Source: a virus (lineage: Duplodnaviria > Caudoviricetes). From it: DNA of 60,141 nt. The translations under genes were made by a program, and so were the position numbers. The notes beneath the pieces are model-generated. The model had not been told where the DNA came from. It ran no database searches and worked only from the letters and a program-made list of their open reading frames with translations. Positions 36,990 through 46,430 of the stretch are shown in pieces (within the stretch, counting starts at the first letter, position 1; each line of letters begins with the position of its first letter). The stretch covers positions 1 through 60,141 of IMG/VR virus record IMGVR_UViG_3300033076_000334; one strand, 5' to 3'.

Positions 36990-39900
36990 TTACATATTGT
37001 AGGTGTTGAGCGGCAAGTAACCAGTCGGTGGAGTATAAGCAAATGGGCGTTGACCAAAGTTAGCAGATAAAGCATTGCTCTGCCAAGTCTTAACTAAGAA
37101 AGCCATCAATCCTGTTAGTCCAGTAAATGCTGGGTTAGACTCAGTTGTTGGATTGCCTGATAACACCCAAGTATTATTGATAGCAAAGTACAACTTACCA
37201 TTTTTAACAGCAACACCAATAACCTGACCAGATGCTTCTGCCACTGTTGTATTTGATACATAGCCACCAGAGTTAGCAGTCCACCATGTATATCCACCGC
37301 CAGAACCACGAGCTACTAAATTGTAAGAACCAGCATTTAAAGTGCCAGTAGACAGGGCTGAATTATCCATAATGCCGATTACAGCATCATCTTGAAGCGA
37401 ACCGTTTACAGTAAATTCTGCATAGAACCCTGTTGTTGTAGTTACATCAAAATAAATAGTGCTTCTTGTTTGAGCGTATACGCCAGACGAACTTGTAATG
37501 TTTAGGTTTCCAGCAGTTGGACCATAACCCAAAGCCTCTAGTGGATTTAAAACAGCGTAGTTTGCCACATTAGCGCTAGTCAATGTTGGTACATCAACCA
37601 TTGAATCATAGGTAGCACCAGCAGTTAAGCTAATGTTTGTTGGCGTCCAGTTATTGCCGTTACCAGATGAATCGTATCCGAGTGCAGTTGTATTGGCTGT
37701 GTTACCAAAGTTCAGATGAAAACCATTATTTCCGTAGCTACCAGAATAAGCAACAGGCGCCCAAACTCCGTACTGATTGAATGTACCAAAAGCATATGGG
37801 CTTAATTGTTGGCCATCAATAGAGTAAAACTCAGCTAAATTTCCGTCAAAACTTCTAGTAGTGTCGTTAGAGTTTGTGCCGATATACTGAGCGTTACCGT
37901 TTGCGTTCCAGTTGTACGTAGTATTTTGGCTAGGAATATTTTGTGTTGACCAAGACGATACTTCAGTACCATTTACATAATAATGAATACGGTTGCTTCC
38001 AGTGGCTTGGGTTGTATCTACTGCAACAACAAAATGATACCAAGCTGCTGGATCACGAGTGACTTGAGAAGGGACGTAATAACCAGCACCTGTAGATAGC
38101 TGTAAAGGTACTTTTGAGTTTGAGTTAAAGTACATACCAAAACTTTGGTTATAGCAGTCAAGTAACCATGCTTCACCATTGCTTGTTGTTTTTAAGCTCA
38201 TCTTTGCCCAAAAAGAAATTGTGAACTTTTGAGAGCTTGTTGGAAGTGTTGTTGGAGTGCGAGATAAATATGCGTTAGCAGATCCACGGAATCTCAATGA
38301 GTTATTAAAATTAACAAACGGTGTTAAGTATCCAGATGAAGTAAAAGTATGGACAACTGTGTTGCTTACAACGGTAACATTACCGCCAGCCATCATTGGA
38401 GTAGAGCCTGGGTAGGAAATATAAACAATACCAGATCCGCCATTACCGCCAAGTCTATCAACAGAATCGTATCCAGCACCGCCACCGCCACCGCCTAGGT
38501 TAGCAGTACCGTTTGTTCCAGTAACTGTGCCTGTGTAATTTCCACCTGCTCCGCCGCCACCTAAACCGCCAGCACCAGCAGACCCACCAGTGCCACCTGC
38601 TCCATTACCACCACCGCCGCCACCACCATAGTATGTAGCAGTTCCAGAGATTGAGTAAACGGCACCATTACCACCTTGGCCTCCAGTGCTTCCAGATCCA
38701 GCAAAACCAGCTTGTCCAGCACCGCCACCGCCACCTTCACCTAATGCAGATCCCGGATAAGCAGAATTACCAGCGCCGCCAGCATAACCTTGTCCTGCAG
38801 TTCCGGCTCCCGGATTACCTGCTCCAATAGAGCCAACAAACTCATAAGAAGCGCCACCGCCAGAGCCACCATTTCTACCATCCGCAGCCGCAGTTGTAGA
38901 TGAGCTTCCTCCAGATCCGCCACCGCCACCACCAATAGCAGTTCCAGAAAAGAAGGTGCTGTTTGCTCCAGATGTAGCGTTTGCATTGCGATCGCTTGTT
39001 CCAGATCCGCCAGCTCCAACAGTAATTACATAAGTTGAATTAGAGTCAATCGTTACATTTGATCCAGACAATACTCCACCGCCACCGCCACCACCGCCTG
39101 AAACTGTTCCACCACCGCCACCACCGCCTACGATTAAGTAGTTAGCAGACAAAGCAGTCAAAGGAACAAGACTTCCTGATGTATAGAAAGTATGGATAGT
39201 ATTTGAGCCGTCTGTGGAGATTACACCGCCACCGAATTGTTGTGCGCCAGCGTAAGAGATGATGACAATACCTGAACCACCTGAACTTCCAGCATATCCA
39301 GTAGAGCCAATACGAGCGCCACCGCCACCACCGCCACCTGTATTTGCAGCTCCAGGAATCCCGTATATATAAGTTGTACTAGCGCCATTACCACCGCCAC
39401 CTAAACCGCCAGTACCGCCTGCAGAAGAGTCAGAGTCTAATGTGCCACCACCGCCACCGCCAGCATAGTAAGTTGCAGTTCCAGAAATTGTGGAAGATAC
39501 ACCATTACCACCATTCCCTGGAAGACCTGATCTAGGAACACCGTTAAAGCCAGCCTGTCCTGCACCGCCTCCACCGCTAGAAGTTGTATCTGTGCCACCA
39601 ATACCACCACCAGCATAGCCTTGACCTGATGTACCAGCACCGCCATATCCTTGGTATCCACCACCACCACCTGAACCGCCAGCAGCACCTGTGTTAGCTG
39701 TATATCCTTTAGCACCACCACCGCCACCAATAGAGGTGATTGTTGATATAGAAGAATTTGAACCGTTTGTACCAATTGTGTTTGCCAAACCACCAGCACC
39801 GCCAGAGCCAACAATAACTGTATATGTTGTGCTTGGAGTCAATATTATTGTTGATTCCGCTGAATTACCGCCACCACTAGTTCCTGCAGAAGTTCTGTAT

Positions 39901-40538
39901 CCGCCTGCGCCACCGCCACCACCTCCAGTAGATGAAGCACCAGCAGCGCCACCGCCTCCACCTCCACCCCCAACAACTAAAAAGTTAGCAGTTGTGCCGT
40001 TAATAACAGGACCAAGACTGTTAGATGTTGCAGGTGTGCTGTTACCAGCTACGTTGTAAGCTGTGACGTTACAAGTAATGTTTGCGCCATTCTCGGCTAG
40101 GGTCAGTGTAATGACGTTAGCAGTTGCATTAGAAATAGCGGTTGAGTTCGCTCTCCACTGGTAGTAGTAAGCAGAAGGTGAGCCAGACCATGTACCAGTA
40201 GTACAGGTTAAATTTTGTCCAACAATAGCAGAGCCAGAGATAACGGGCGCAACGGTGTTAACTGGGGTAGGAGTGACGTTAGCTGCAGACCATGAGTTAT
40301 TAGCGTACACCTCAAAGATAGACAATGTGGTGTTGTAACGCATCATGCCGTTAACAGGCGTAGGACGCTGGGCGGTTGTACCGTTTGGTACCGTTATTGC
40401 AGTAGTGCCAGTAAAGTTGGCATTTTGATCTGTGCCGATAACAAGGGCGCTGACGTTACCAGTCTGAAGCTCTAAAACTCCAGAGGTATCAACTGATTCT
40501 ACTAATCCAGACGTGGTGGCGTTAAGTTTTGTTGTCAT
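36990..40538 (-). CDS. Glycine-rich tail fibre/adhesin with LamG-like domain
   Basis: Two Gly-rich domains, RDPAAWYH..VAVDTTQ LamG-like region, YG.NGF.L.F, NFGQRPF. Confidence 0.8.
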   Translation of the reverse strand: MTTKLNATTSGLVESVDTSGVLELQTGNVSALVIGTDQNANFTGTTAITVPNGTTAQRPTPVNGMMRYNTTLSIFEVYANNSWSAANVTPTPVNTVAPVISGSAIVGQNLTCTTGTWSGSPSAYYYQWRANSTAISNATANVITLTLAENGANITCNVTAYNVAGNSTPATSNSLGPVINGTTANFLVVGGGGGGGGAAGASSTGGGGGGAGGYRTSAGTSGGGNSAESTIILTPSTTYTVIVGSGGAGGLANTIGTNGSNSSISTITSIGGGGGAKGYTANTGAAGGSGGGGGYQGYGGAGTSGQGYAGGGIGGTDTTSSGGGGAGQAGFNGVPRSGLPGNGGNGVSSTISGTATYYAGGGGGGTLDSDSSAGGTGGLGGGGNGASTTYIYGIPGAANTGGGGGGGARIGSTGYAGSSGGSGIVIISYAGAQQFGGGVISTDGSNTIHTFYTSGSLVPLTALSANYLIVGGGGGGGTVSGGGGGGGGVLSGSNVTIDSNSTYVITVGAGGSGTSDRNANATSGANSTFFSGTAIGGGGGGSGGSSSTTAAADGRNGGSGGGASYEFVGSIGAGNPGAGTAGQGYAGGAGNSAYPGSALGEGGGGGAGQAGFAGSGSTGGQGGNGAVYSISGTATYYGGGGGGGNGAGGTGGSAGAGGLGGGGAGGNYTGTVTGTNGTANLGGGGGGAGYDSVDRLGGNGGSGIVYISYPGSTPMMAGGNVTVVSNTVVHTFTSSGYLTPFVNFNNSLRFRGSANAYLSRTPTTLPTSSQKFTISFWAKMSLKTTSNGEAWLLDCYNQSFGMYFNSNSKVPLQLSTGAGYYVPSQVTRDPAAWYHFVVAVDTTQATGSNRIHYYVNGTEVSSWSTQNIPSQNTTYNWNANGNAQYIGTNSNDTTRSFDGNLAEFYSIDGQQLSPYAFGTFNQYGVWAPVAYSGSYGNNGFHLNFGNTANTTALGYDSSGNGNNWTPTNISLTAGATYDSMVDVPTLTSANVANYAVLNPLEALGYGPTAGNLNITSSSGVYAQTRSTIYFDVTTTTGFYAEFTVNGSLQDDAVIGIMDNSALSTGTLNAGSYNLVARGSGGGYTWWTANSGGYVSNTTVAEASGQVIGVAVKNGKLYFAINNTWVLSGNPTTESNPAFTGLTGLMAFLVKTWQSNALSANFGQRPFAYTPPTGYLPLNTYNM

Positions 40539-40822
40539 GTAAATGCTACCCAGCCATTGTTGTAGCCCTCAAAACGGGCAGTATCTGTATTGTACCGAAC
40601 CATACCGTTTACTGGAAGGCTTGGTCGCTGTGCAAATGTTCCTCTTGGTACAGTTACTGCACCTGTAGAATTAAATGTTACAACTAAAATTTCATTAATG
40701 ACAACCGCATTTACTCCGCCAGTTTTGATAGCCAATATCTCTTCATTCCCACCATTTTTACTAATTACGGCAGGTACTGTAGATGTTCCAGCTTGGACGA
40801 GTATGCTGCTTGCGGTACTCAT
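40535..40822 (-). CDS. Small fibre-associated protein
   Basis: P.GT.AQRP...NGMVRYNT...FEGY motif shared with neighbouring fibres. Confidence 0.7.
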   Translation of the reverse strand: MSTASSILVQAGTSTVPAVISKNGGNEEILAIKTGGVNAVVINEILVVTFNSTGAVTVPRGTFAQRPSLPVNGMVRYNTDTARFEGYNNGWVAFT

Positions 40823-42051
40823 GCAGTATAAGAACCACTAGCGTTAAATGTCATAACCGTGTTGTTTCCTGTTGTGGTTATGGTTGGAGAACCTGTGGTT
40901 GTATTGGAAAAACGTGCAGTAGGTACAGATAAAATGACTATTCCAGAACCGCCATTTCCACCGTTGTAGTTTCCGCCACCAGACGTGCTTCCGCCACCCC
41001 CACCACCGCCAGTATTGGCTGTACCAGATTGACCATTATTTTGTCCAGAAGTTCCCTTTCCACCACCACCTAAACCGCCATTTGATTGAGAACTTCCACC
41101 GTTAACGTTATTACCACCACCGCCACCGCCAGCGTAGTAAGTTGCAGTACCAGATATAGAGCTAGAAACACCGTTACCACCGTTTCCAGCAACGCTACCA
41201 TAAGAAGCATTAAATCCTACTTGTCCAGCTCCGCCACCGCCACCACCATACCAAGGGCTACTTGTTACACCGTTACCACCTGCATAACCTTGGCCAGCAG
41301 TTCCAGCGCCACCGCTACCATCGTAATAACCACCTCCACCCGATCCGCCCGGTGCTCCAGAATTTCCTGCAGCACTTGTATTACCGCCACCAACACAAGT
41401 TACTGTTGTAAATCCTGTGGTTGTTGAAGATATAACAGTGTTAGAACCGCTTGTACTTGGAACAAGAACAGCACCAGTACCGCCACCACCAATAGTAATT
41501 GTAAATACATCTCCCGGCAAAACTGTAACAGAAGAATTTGAAAGTAAACCACCAGCGCCAGCACCGCCAAATGAAGCTCCGCCACCACCAGCAACAGCCA
41601 AATACGCTAAGTTGTATTCAGCAACAATTGGACCAACTTGATTTGATGTTGCAGTCGCATTTCCAGCAATATTAATAGCAGTTACATTGCAACTGATGTT
41701 TGCGCCTACTTGTGAGCTTGTTAGAACAAAGGTATTAGCGGTTGCGTTAGCAACAATTGCTACAGAGTTTGCTAACCACTGATATGTATAGCTTGTTGGT
41801 GAATTTGACCATGTGCCGTTAGTAACTGATAAAGTTTGATTAATAGCAGTATTTCCGCTAACCACAGGTGCAACTGTATTTACAGGTGGTACAGAAAAAT
41901 TAACTGCAGTCCATACGCCATTGGCATAGCCTTCAAAAACACCTATTGTGGTGTTATATCCAAACTGACCATTAACGGGCGAACTTGGTCTTCCTGCAGT
42001 AGTCCAAGATGAAAATGTAACGCCAGTAGATCCGCCAACAACTGTGGTCAT
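40819..42051 (-). CDS. Glycine-rich tail fibre protein
   Basis: PVNTVAPV Ig-like unit plus Gly-rich domain ending GGSGIVIL. Confidence 0.78.
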   Translation of the reverse strand: MTTVVGGSTGVTFSSWTTAGRPSSPVNGQFGYNTTIGVFEGYANGVWTAVNFSVPPVNTVAPVVSGNTAINQTLSVTNGTWSNSPTSYTYQWLANSVAIVANATANTFVLTSSQVGANISCNVTAINIAGNATATSNQVGPIVAEYNLAYLAVAGGGGASFGGAGAGGLLSNSSVTVLPGDVFTITIGGGGTGAVLVPSTSGSNTVISSTTTGFTTVTCVGGGNTSAAGNSGAPGGSGGGGYYDGSGGAGTAGQGYAGGNGVTSSPWYGGGGGGAGQVGFNASYGSVAGNGGNGVSSSISGTATYYAGGGGGGNNVNGGSSQSNGGLGGGGKGTSGQNNGQSGTANTGGGGGGGSTSGGGNYNGGNGGSGIVILSVPTARFSNTTTGSPTITTTGNNTVMTFNASGSYTA

Positions 42052-42060
42052 AACTATTCC

Positions 42061-42432
42061 TTAAGCAGGTACTACTTCAGTCCAAGCCTTAGTAGCTTCG
42101 TCCCATTGATATAACTTGCCGTCTGTAGGCATAGGTGTTGGAGCGTCCCAATTCCAAGTGGTATTGTTTAGCGTCCAGCTTGGGAATGGTTTTGGTGGGA
42201 TGAATACGTCATTAATATAGTCATATGAATAACCAATACCAGCGTAGTTGGCACGAAGCGCTACACCGCCATCTGGTTGTCCGTCTTGACCATAGTGAAC
42301 GCCACCACGGGTATTGTAAGAAGTTTGCACCCACTGAGATGGGCTTCCTACAGCACCGCTGTCAATAAAATCCTGTTCGGCTACTATCACTTGAGTGACT
42401 TTGCCGTTCTCTACCTTTGCAAAATGGCCCAT
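42061..42432 (-). CDS. Fibre-associated protein
   Basis: MGHFAKV...VTQVIV, W.QTSYNT, R.NYAGIG, PKPFPSW, WDE. Confidence 0.75.
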   Translation of the reverse strand: MGHFAKVENGKVTQVIVAEQDFIDSGAVGSPSQWVQTSYNTRGGVHYGQDGQPDGGVALRANYAGIGYSYDYINDVFIPPKPFPSWTLNNTTWNWDAPTPMPTDGKLYQWDEATKAWTEVVPA

Positions 42433-42447
42433 TGATTTCTCCTTTGA

Positions 42448-43749
42448 TTAAGCCGTATAAGTTCCACTAGAGTAGAACGAAACTATTGTATTGCTGCCTG
42501 ATGTAGTTACTGCAACATTAGATCCTGAATATGTGTTTGACCATTTAGCCGTTGGAATAGAAAGAATGACAACGCCAGAACCACCCCCGCCGCCACCGCC
42601 ACCGTTGCTACCAGCATTACCACCGCCGCCAGTACTTGGTGTTCCACCGCCACCTAAACCTGAAGAGCCACCACCCTGTCCGTTACCAGAACCACCACCG
42701 CCACCACCTGCGTAGTAAACAGAAGATCCTGTAATGGTAGAGGCATTACCATTACCACCATTGCCGCCAGCACCACCACCAACTGTGTTTGCATCATTAC
42801 CAGTAGCGCCAGCACCGCCACCGCCACCGCCACCATAGTTCCCGTTACCAGCTCCAGCACCGCCATTACGGCCTTGACCAGATGTGCCAGCACCACCAGC
42901 ATTTGTGCTTCCAGAACCACCACCTGAACCACCAGCAGCACCTTGTCCGTTATATCCAGCACCGTATCCACCACCAATAGAGGTTATATTTGAAAAACCA
43001 CCATTTGCTGTTATGGTTGTATTAGATCCGTTACTTCCATTTTGCCCAGTATTATTCCCACCACCGTTGCCACCAGCTCCAACAGTCATTGTGTATACAG
43101 TGCCGCCTGTTACAGTAACCGTATTTGATAGGTATCCACCACCGCCGCCACCTGAACCGCCAGCAAAACCTACACCCGCACCGCCACCGCCACCGCCAGC
43201 TACAGATAAATAAACAATATCCCAACTGTTAACAACAGGGCCAGCAATGTTTGAAGTGGCAGTAGTATTTCCAGCAATATTAATTGCCGTCACATTGCAG
43301 CTAATATTTGCACCCACTTGACTAAGAGTCAACGTAAATGTATTAGATGTCGCACTTGTAATTGCTGTGGAATTAGCAAGCCATTGATAAGTATATGATG
43401 TTGGAGAATTAGACCAAGTACCATTTGTTGTAGATACAACAGAACCAACAGAAAAAGTACCAGACAAAACTGGAGCAACCGTATTTACTGGCTTAGCTGT
43501 GTAGTTTGTAGCAACCCATGCGCCACCAACATAAAGCTCAACATCGCCAATATCAGTGTTGTAACGCATCATACCATTAACTGCGCTTGCTGGGCGTTGT
43601 GCTGTAGTACCAGTAGGAACCACAAAACCACCAGTAGACGAATTTGCGTATAAAACACCGCCAATGGTTTGAAATACCAGATTACCGCTAGTATCAGCGG
43701 TTTGAACCATTGCAGTTGTGACGGTATTGCCAGCGCTAATAATACTCAT
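42448..43749 (-). CDS. Glycine-rich tail fibre protein (start MSIISAG inferred)
   Basis: Same architecture as 40819..42051. Confidence 0.78.
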   Translation of the reverse strand: MSIISAGNTVTTAMVQTADTSGNLVFQTIGGVLYANSSTGGFVVPTGTTAQRPASAVNGMMRYNTDIGDVELYVGGAWVATNYTAKPVNTVAPVLSGTFSVGSVVSTTNGTWSNSPTSYTYQWLANSTAITSATSNTFTLTLSQVGANISCNVTAINIAGNTTATSNIAGPVVNSWDIVYLSVAGGGGGGAGVGFAGGSGGGGGGYLSNTVTVTGGTVYTMTVGAGGNGGGNNTGQNGSNGSNTTITANGGFSNITSIGGGYGAGYNGQGAAGGSGGGSGSTNAGGAGTSGQGRNGGAGAGNGNYGGGGGGGAGATGNDANTVGGGAGGNGGNGNASTITGSSVYYAGGGGGGSGNGQGGGSSGLGGGGTPSTGGGGNAGSNGGGGGGGGSGVVILSIPTAKWSNTYSGSNVAVTTSGSNTIVSFYSSGTYTA

Positions 43750-43750
43750 T

Positions 43751-44305
43751 TTAGATAATCGTCCAAGTAGATCCGCTTGCAATCGTTACGGTTACGCCAT
43801 TTGCTGTAGTGACAGGACCTACTGAGAAGCCATTTTGTCCAGCAGCTATTGTAGCGTTAGCAGTAATGTTTGTGTTGTTTAAAACAATTGAGCTGTTTCC
43901 AGTTGCTAATGCTGCATTAACAGGTTGCCATGTAGGAATCTGACCCGCACCAGTCGCAGTTAAAACGTAGTTTGCCGTATCAGGAGCATTGTTGGCAAAT
44001 ACCGCTTTCTCCGATGGATAGGTAATGAATACATCTTTAGTTCCCGGCAACAACGCAACCGCAGCATTAGCGTTGCTAGAAGCAAGAATGACGTCTCGTG
44101 ATAAAGATGTGTTGGCTGAATAGTACGTGCCAATACCCACTTCCCAATCGGCAGTGGTTTGACCAGCAATGGTGTAATACGTTTGGTTGCCGTTTCCAAC
44201 AACAGCAAAGGACTGATAGCCAGTTTGCGCACCGGCTAAAACCAATGTCCCAGTATTAACAGTATTACTGGATTCTTTTACCCTATCAAAGACAACAAGA
44301 GCCAT
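43751..44305 (-). CDS. Virion structural protein (fibre base)
   Basis: MALV..DRVKE, WEVGIGT, GTKDVF.TYP. Confidence 0.72.
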   Translation of the reverse strand: MALVVFDRVKESSNTVNTGTLVLAGAQTGYQSFAVVGNGNQTYYTIAGQTTADWEVGIGTYYSANTSLSRDVILASSNANAAVALLPGTKDVFITYPSEKAVFANNAPDTANYVLTATGAGQIPTWQPVNAALATGNSSIVLNNTNITANATIAAGQNGFSVGPVTTANGVTVTIASGSTWTII

Positions 44306-44317
44306 GTTTGGCTCCTA

Positions 44318-44752
44318 TTAAGCAATACGGATGATTGCGTTGCTTGCGTCTGCGGTTGGGAAAATAACAGTGAATGTACCGTTAGTAGCAGTCTTATCGC
44401 CACCAAAAGCCAATGATGCAACAGCAGTATTAGATGTGCTGTTATAGATCAAAGCGCCATTAGCAGTAATGTTTGCATTTGTCCAAGAAGTATTGGAGAA
44501 AGACATAAACGCTACGTTGCCAGTAGAAGTCGGGCTTGTGCTAACAACCAGTGTATTACCACCAGCAGTGTAGTTAGAACCTGAGCTTGATACTTCGCCA
44601 ACAGTTGTGTAAGCAGTTGTTGCGTTGCTTAACACAGCAGAGCTAGTGTACAAAGCGAGTTTGTATACGGCGCTTGCGCCAGATACGAGATTTTGTTGAC
44701 CGCTAAGGATTTGAACCTTAAACGAATCGCACATTCCTTGAGTGATTGCCAT
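44318..44752 (-). CDS. Virion structural protein
   Basis: MAITQ..C.SFK, KLALYTS, YTAGG, GALIYN, FGGDKT, AIIRIA. Confidence 0.75.
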   Translation of the reverse strand: MAITQGMCDSFKVQILSGQQNLVSGASAVYKLALYTSSAVLSNATTAYTTVGEVSSSGSNYTAGGNTLVVSTSPTSTGNVAFMSFSNTSWTNANITANGALIYNSTSNTAVASLAFGGDKTATNGTFTVIFPTADASNAIIRIA

Positions 44753-44767
44753 TTATTGCTCCTAAGT

Positions 44768-45472
44768 TTAGGGATTAACCCTGATTTTTGCTTGTCCGTC
44801 CCTGTACGCATCGCCACGCTCAAGGCCAGTTCCCAAACGATTAAGTTGTGCTAGCGCCTCATTATACTTGCTGTTGTACAGAGTTACCATATCTGCTTCA
44901 CCTTTCATGTAGGTATACGCCTCAACGAGGGCACCATAAAGCAAAACAGGAGAATAGTTATCACCAAGCCATGAGGTACCAGCATCAACAATAGATTCTG
45001 GATAGTAAAAATAGTGCAGCTCTGCGCCGTAATTAGCATCAGGGGTTGGTCCAAGAATAAAGGTAAGTTCATTGGGGTCATTTAAACGGGAACCAAACAA
45101 CGCATAGTAGCGTGGTAGTCCAGTCGCTGTTGGATCTGGATAAGCCTGACGAATAAAGTTTACGTCTTTATTTAATAAATACTCGTATGTACCGTCTGTA
45201 TTGATAATTGCCAACGAATAAGTAGACAGGTAATCATTAGGGCAAGCCAAGTATTTGCTGGTGCTTGAGCAGTTACCAGTAACATTTTTTCTCAAAGAAG
45301 GGATTTGGACTGAATTATAAATACGGTCTTCGGCTTGACGAATAAACGTATTAATCTGAGTAACAGCATTGACGTTAGTCTGGCTGCCTCCAGTCGTAAT
45401 CTGAACAAACGTATCCGGGAATTGGTTTTCCGTGTACGTCTGAATTTGAGTAAAAAGTTCCTGGTAATTCAT
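44768..45472 (-). CDS. Head-tail adaptor / tail tubular protein A-like
   Basis: Y.EL...IQ.Y.E, FI.QAE.RI, G.P.YY, GPTPD..Y, LLYG.L.EA. Confidence 0.7.
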   Translation of the reverse strand: MNYQELFTQIQTYTENQFPDTFVQITTGGSQTNVNAVTQINTFIRQAEDRIYNSVQIPSLRKNVTGNCSSTSKYLACPNDYLSTYSLAIINTDGTYEYLLNKDVNFIRQAYPDPTATGLPRYYALFGSRLNDPNELTFILGPTPDANYGAELHYFYYPESIVDAGTSWLGDNYSPVLLYGALVEAYTYMKGEADMVTLYNSKYNEALAQLNRLGTGLERGDAYRDGQAKIRVNP

Positions 45473-45804
45473 TACGCCATTGGGCCTCTAGTTTTGATGC
45501 CTTTAGTAGCTGCACCATAGCCACGCATAGTTTTTTCGCCATGCTTATTATCGGCACCATAGTTACCTTTGCTGCCAGCTCCAAGGGAAATATTAGCTTC
45601 GTTATCCCACTTTCCTGGTTTAACAACAGCGGCACGCTCATCACCGTTTGGGTTTGTCATTGGTTGTTTGTACACACCAATATCGTCGCCACCACCAGAT
45701 GGGTATTTAAAACCAGTATAAGCGCTAGCGTCTTTGTTCTCTTTAGCATTACCTAAAGGGTACTTTTCCGCTGGGCTTACTTTTGCAAAATCGTTCTTAG
45801 CCAT
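45472..45804 (-). CDS. Small basic virion protein
   Basis: Ends RGYGAATKGIKTRGPMA. Confidence 0.72.
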   Translation of the reverse strand: MAKNDFAKVSPAEKYPLGNAKENKDASAYTGFKYPSGGGDDIGVYKQPMTNPNGDERAAVVKPGKWDNEANISLGAGSKGNYGADNKHGEKTMRGYGAATKGIKTRGPMA

Positions 45805-45812
45805 GATTAACC

Positions 45813-45992
45813 TTATTTTTGGTTGTTAGCACGAGCCATATTGCGGCCTACTGCACGCATAGCTTTACCAGTTACACCCAAACTTTTTTTGCCGCCTTTT
45901 TCAACGCCGGCTGTTGGGCCTGAATCGCCAAGATTTTTACCCTTGGTTTTACCTTTTTTCTCAATGCCGTTGGCACCTGATTTGAATGACAT
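45813..45992 (-). CDS. Small basic protein (59 aa, not in the ORF track)
   Basis: MSFKSGANGIEKKGKTKGKNLG...GRNMARANNQK with AAGGAG RBS. Confidence 0.7.
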   Translation of the reverse strand: MSFKSGANGIEKKGKTKGKNLGDSGPTAGVEKGGKKSLGVTGKAMRAVGRNMARANNQK

Positions 45993-46001
45993 ATTAACTC
46001 C

Positions 46002-46427
46002 TTAAGTTATTTCTACCGTTACTGTACCAAGTTGTGTGTTGCCTATCAAGTCATTTTCTGTTAGTACAGAATCAAACCCTCTTGCACCACCCACAGGATT
46101 CCAACCCCATTGGAATACCCTACTACCCATCTCTACGCTACCAAAACCTTCTGGACCTACACCAGTAAGGTTAATTTGTAACCCACTTGTACCAGACTGC
46201 AAATAACTTGTATCTGGTCTTGGTTCCCTGACTGCCTGTGGGTCATCAACTGGGTATAAGCCCAACGATAACTGTGGATGGTCAGGATCCCAACAAGACT
46301 GACATACCTTAATTTTATACGGTTTTGTCTTTAATATCTGTGTCTTTAGGTCTTTTAATTTATAGCGAAAGTTGCAGCGATCACACTGCGAAATTGCATA
46401 TTTACCTGATGCAAACTTATTTGGCAT
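46002..46427 (-). CDS. Zinc-binding head/tail module protein
   Basis: CDRC...VC..CWDPDHPQL...DPQA...PRPD. Confidence 0.72.
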   Translation of the reverse strand: MPNKFASGKYAISQCDRCNFRYKLKDLKTQILKTKPYKIKVCQSCWDPDHPQLSLGLYPVDDPQAVREPRPDTSYLQSGTSGLQINLTGVGPEGFGSVEMGSRVFQWGWNPVGGARGFDSVLTENDLIGNTQLGTVTVEIT

Positions 46428-46430
46428 AAA

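Noticed and set aside
39691-43213. Pro-rich + strand ORFs (39691..40059, 42491..42715, 42884..43213 and similar)
   Set aside because: Antisense shadows of poly-Gly codons in the fibre genes
36990-43749. Diversity-generating retroelement acting on fibres
   Set aside because: No reverse transcriptase ORF, and no template/variable repeat pair differing only at adenines was seen; the repeats are coding paralogy
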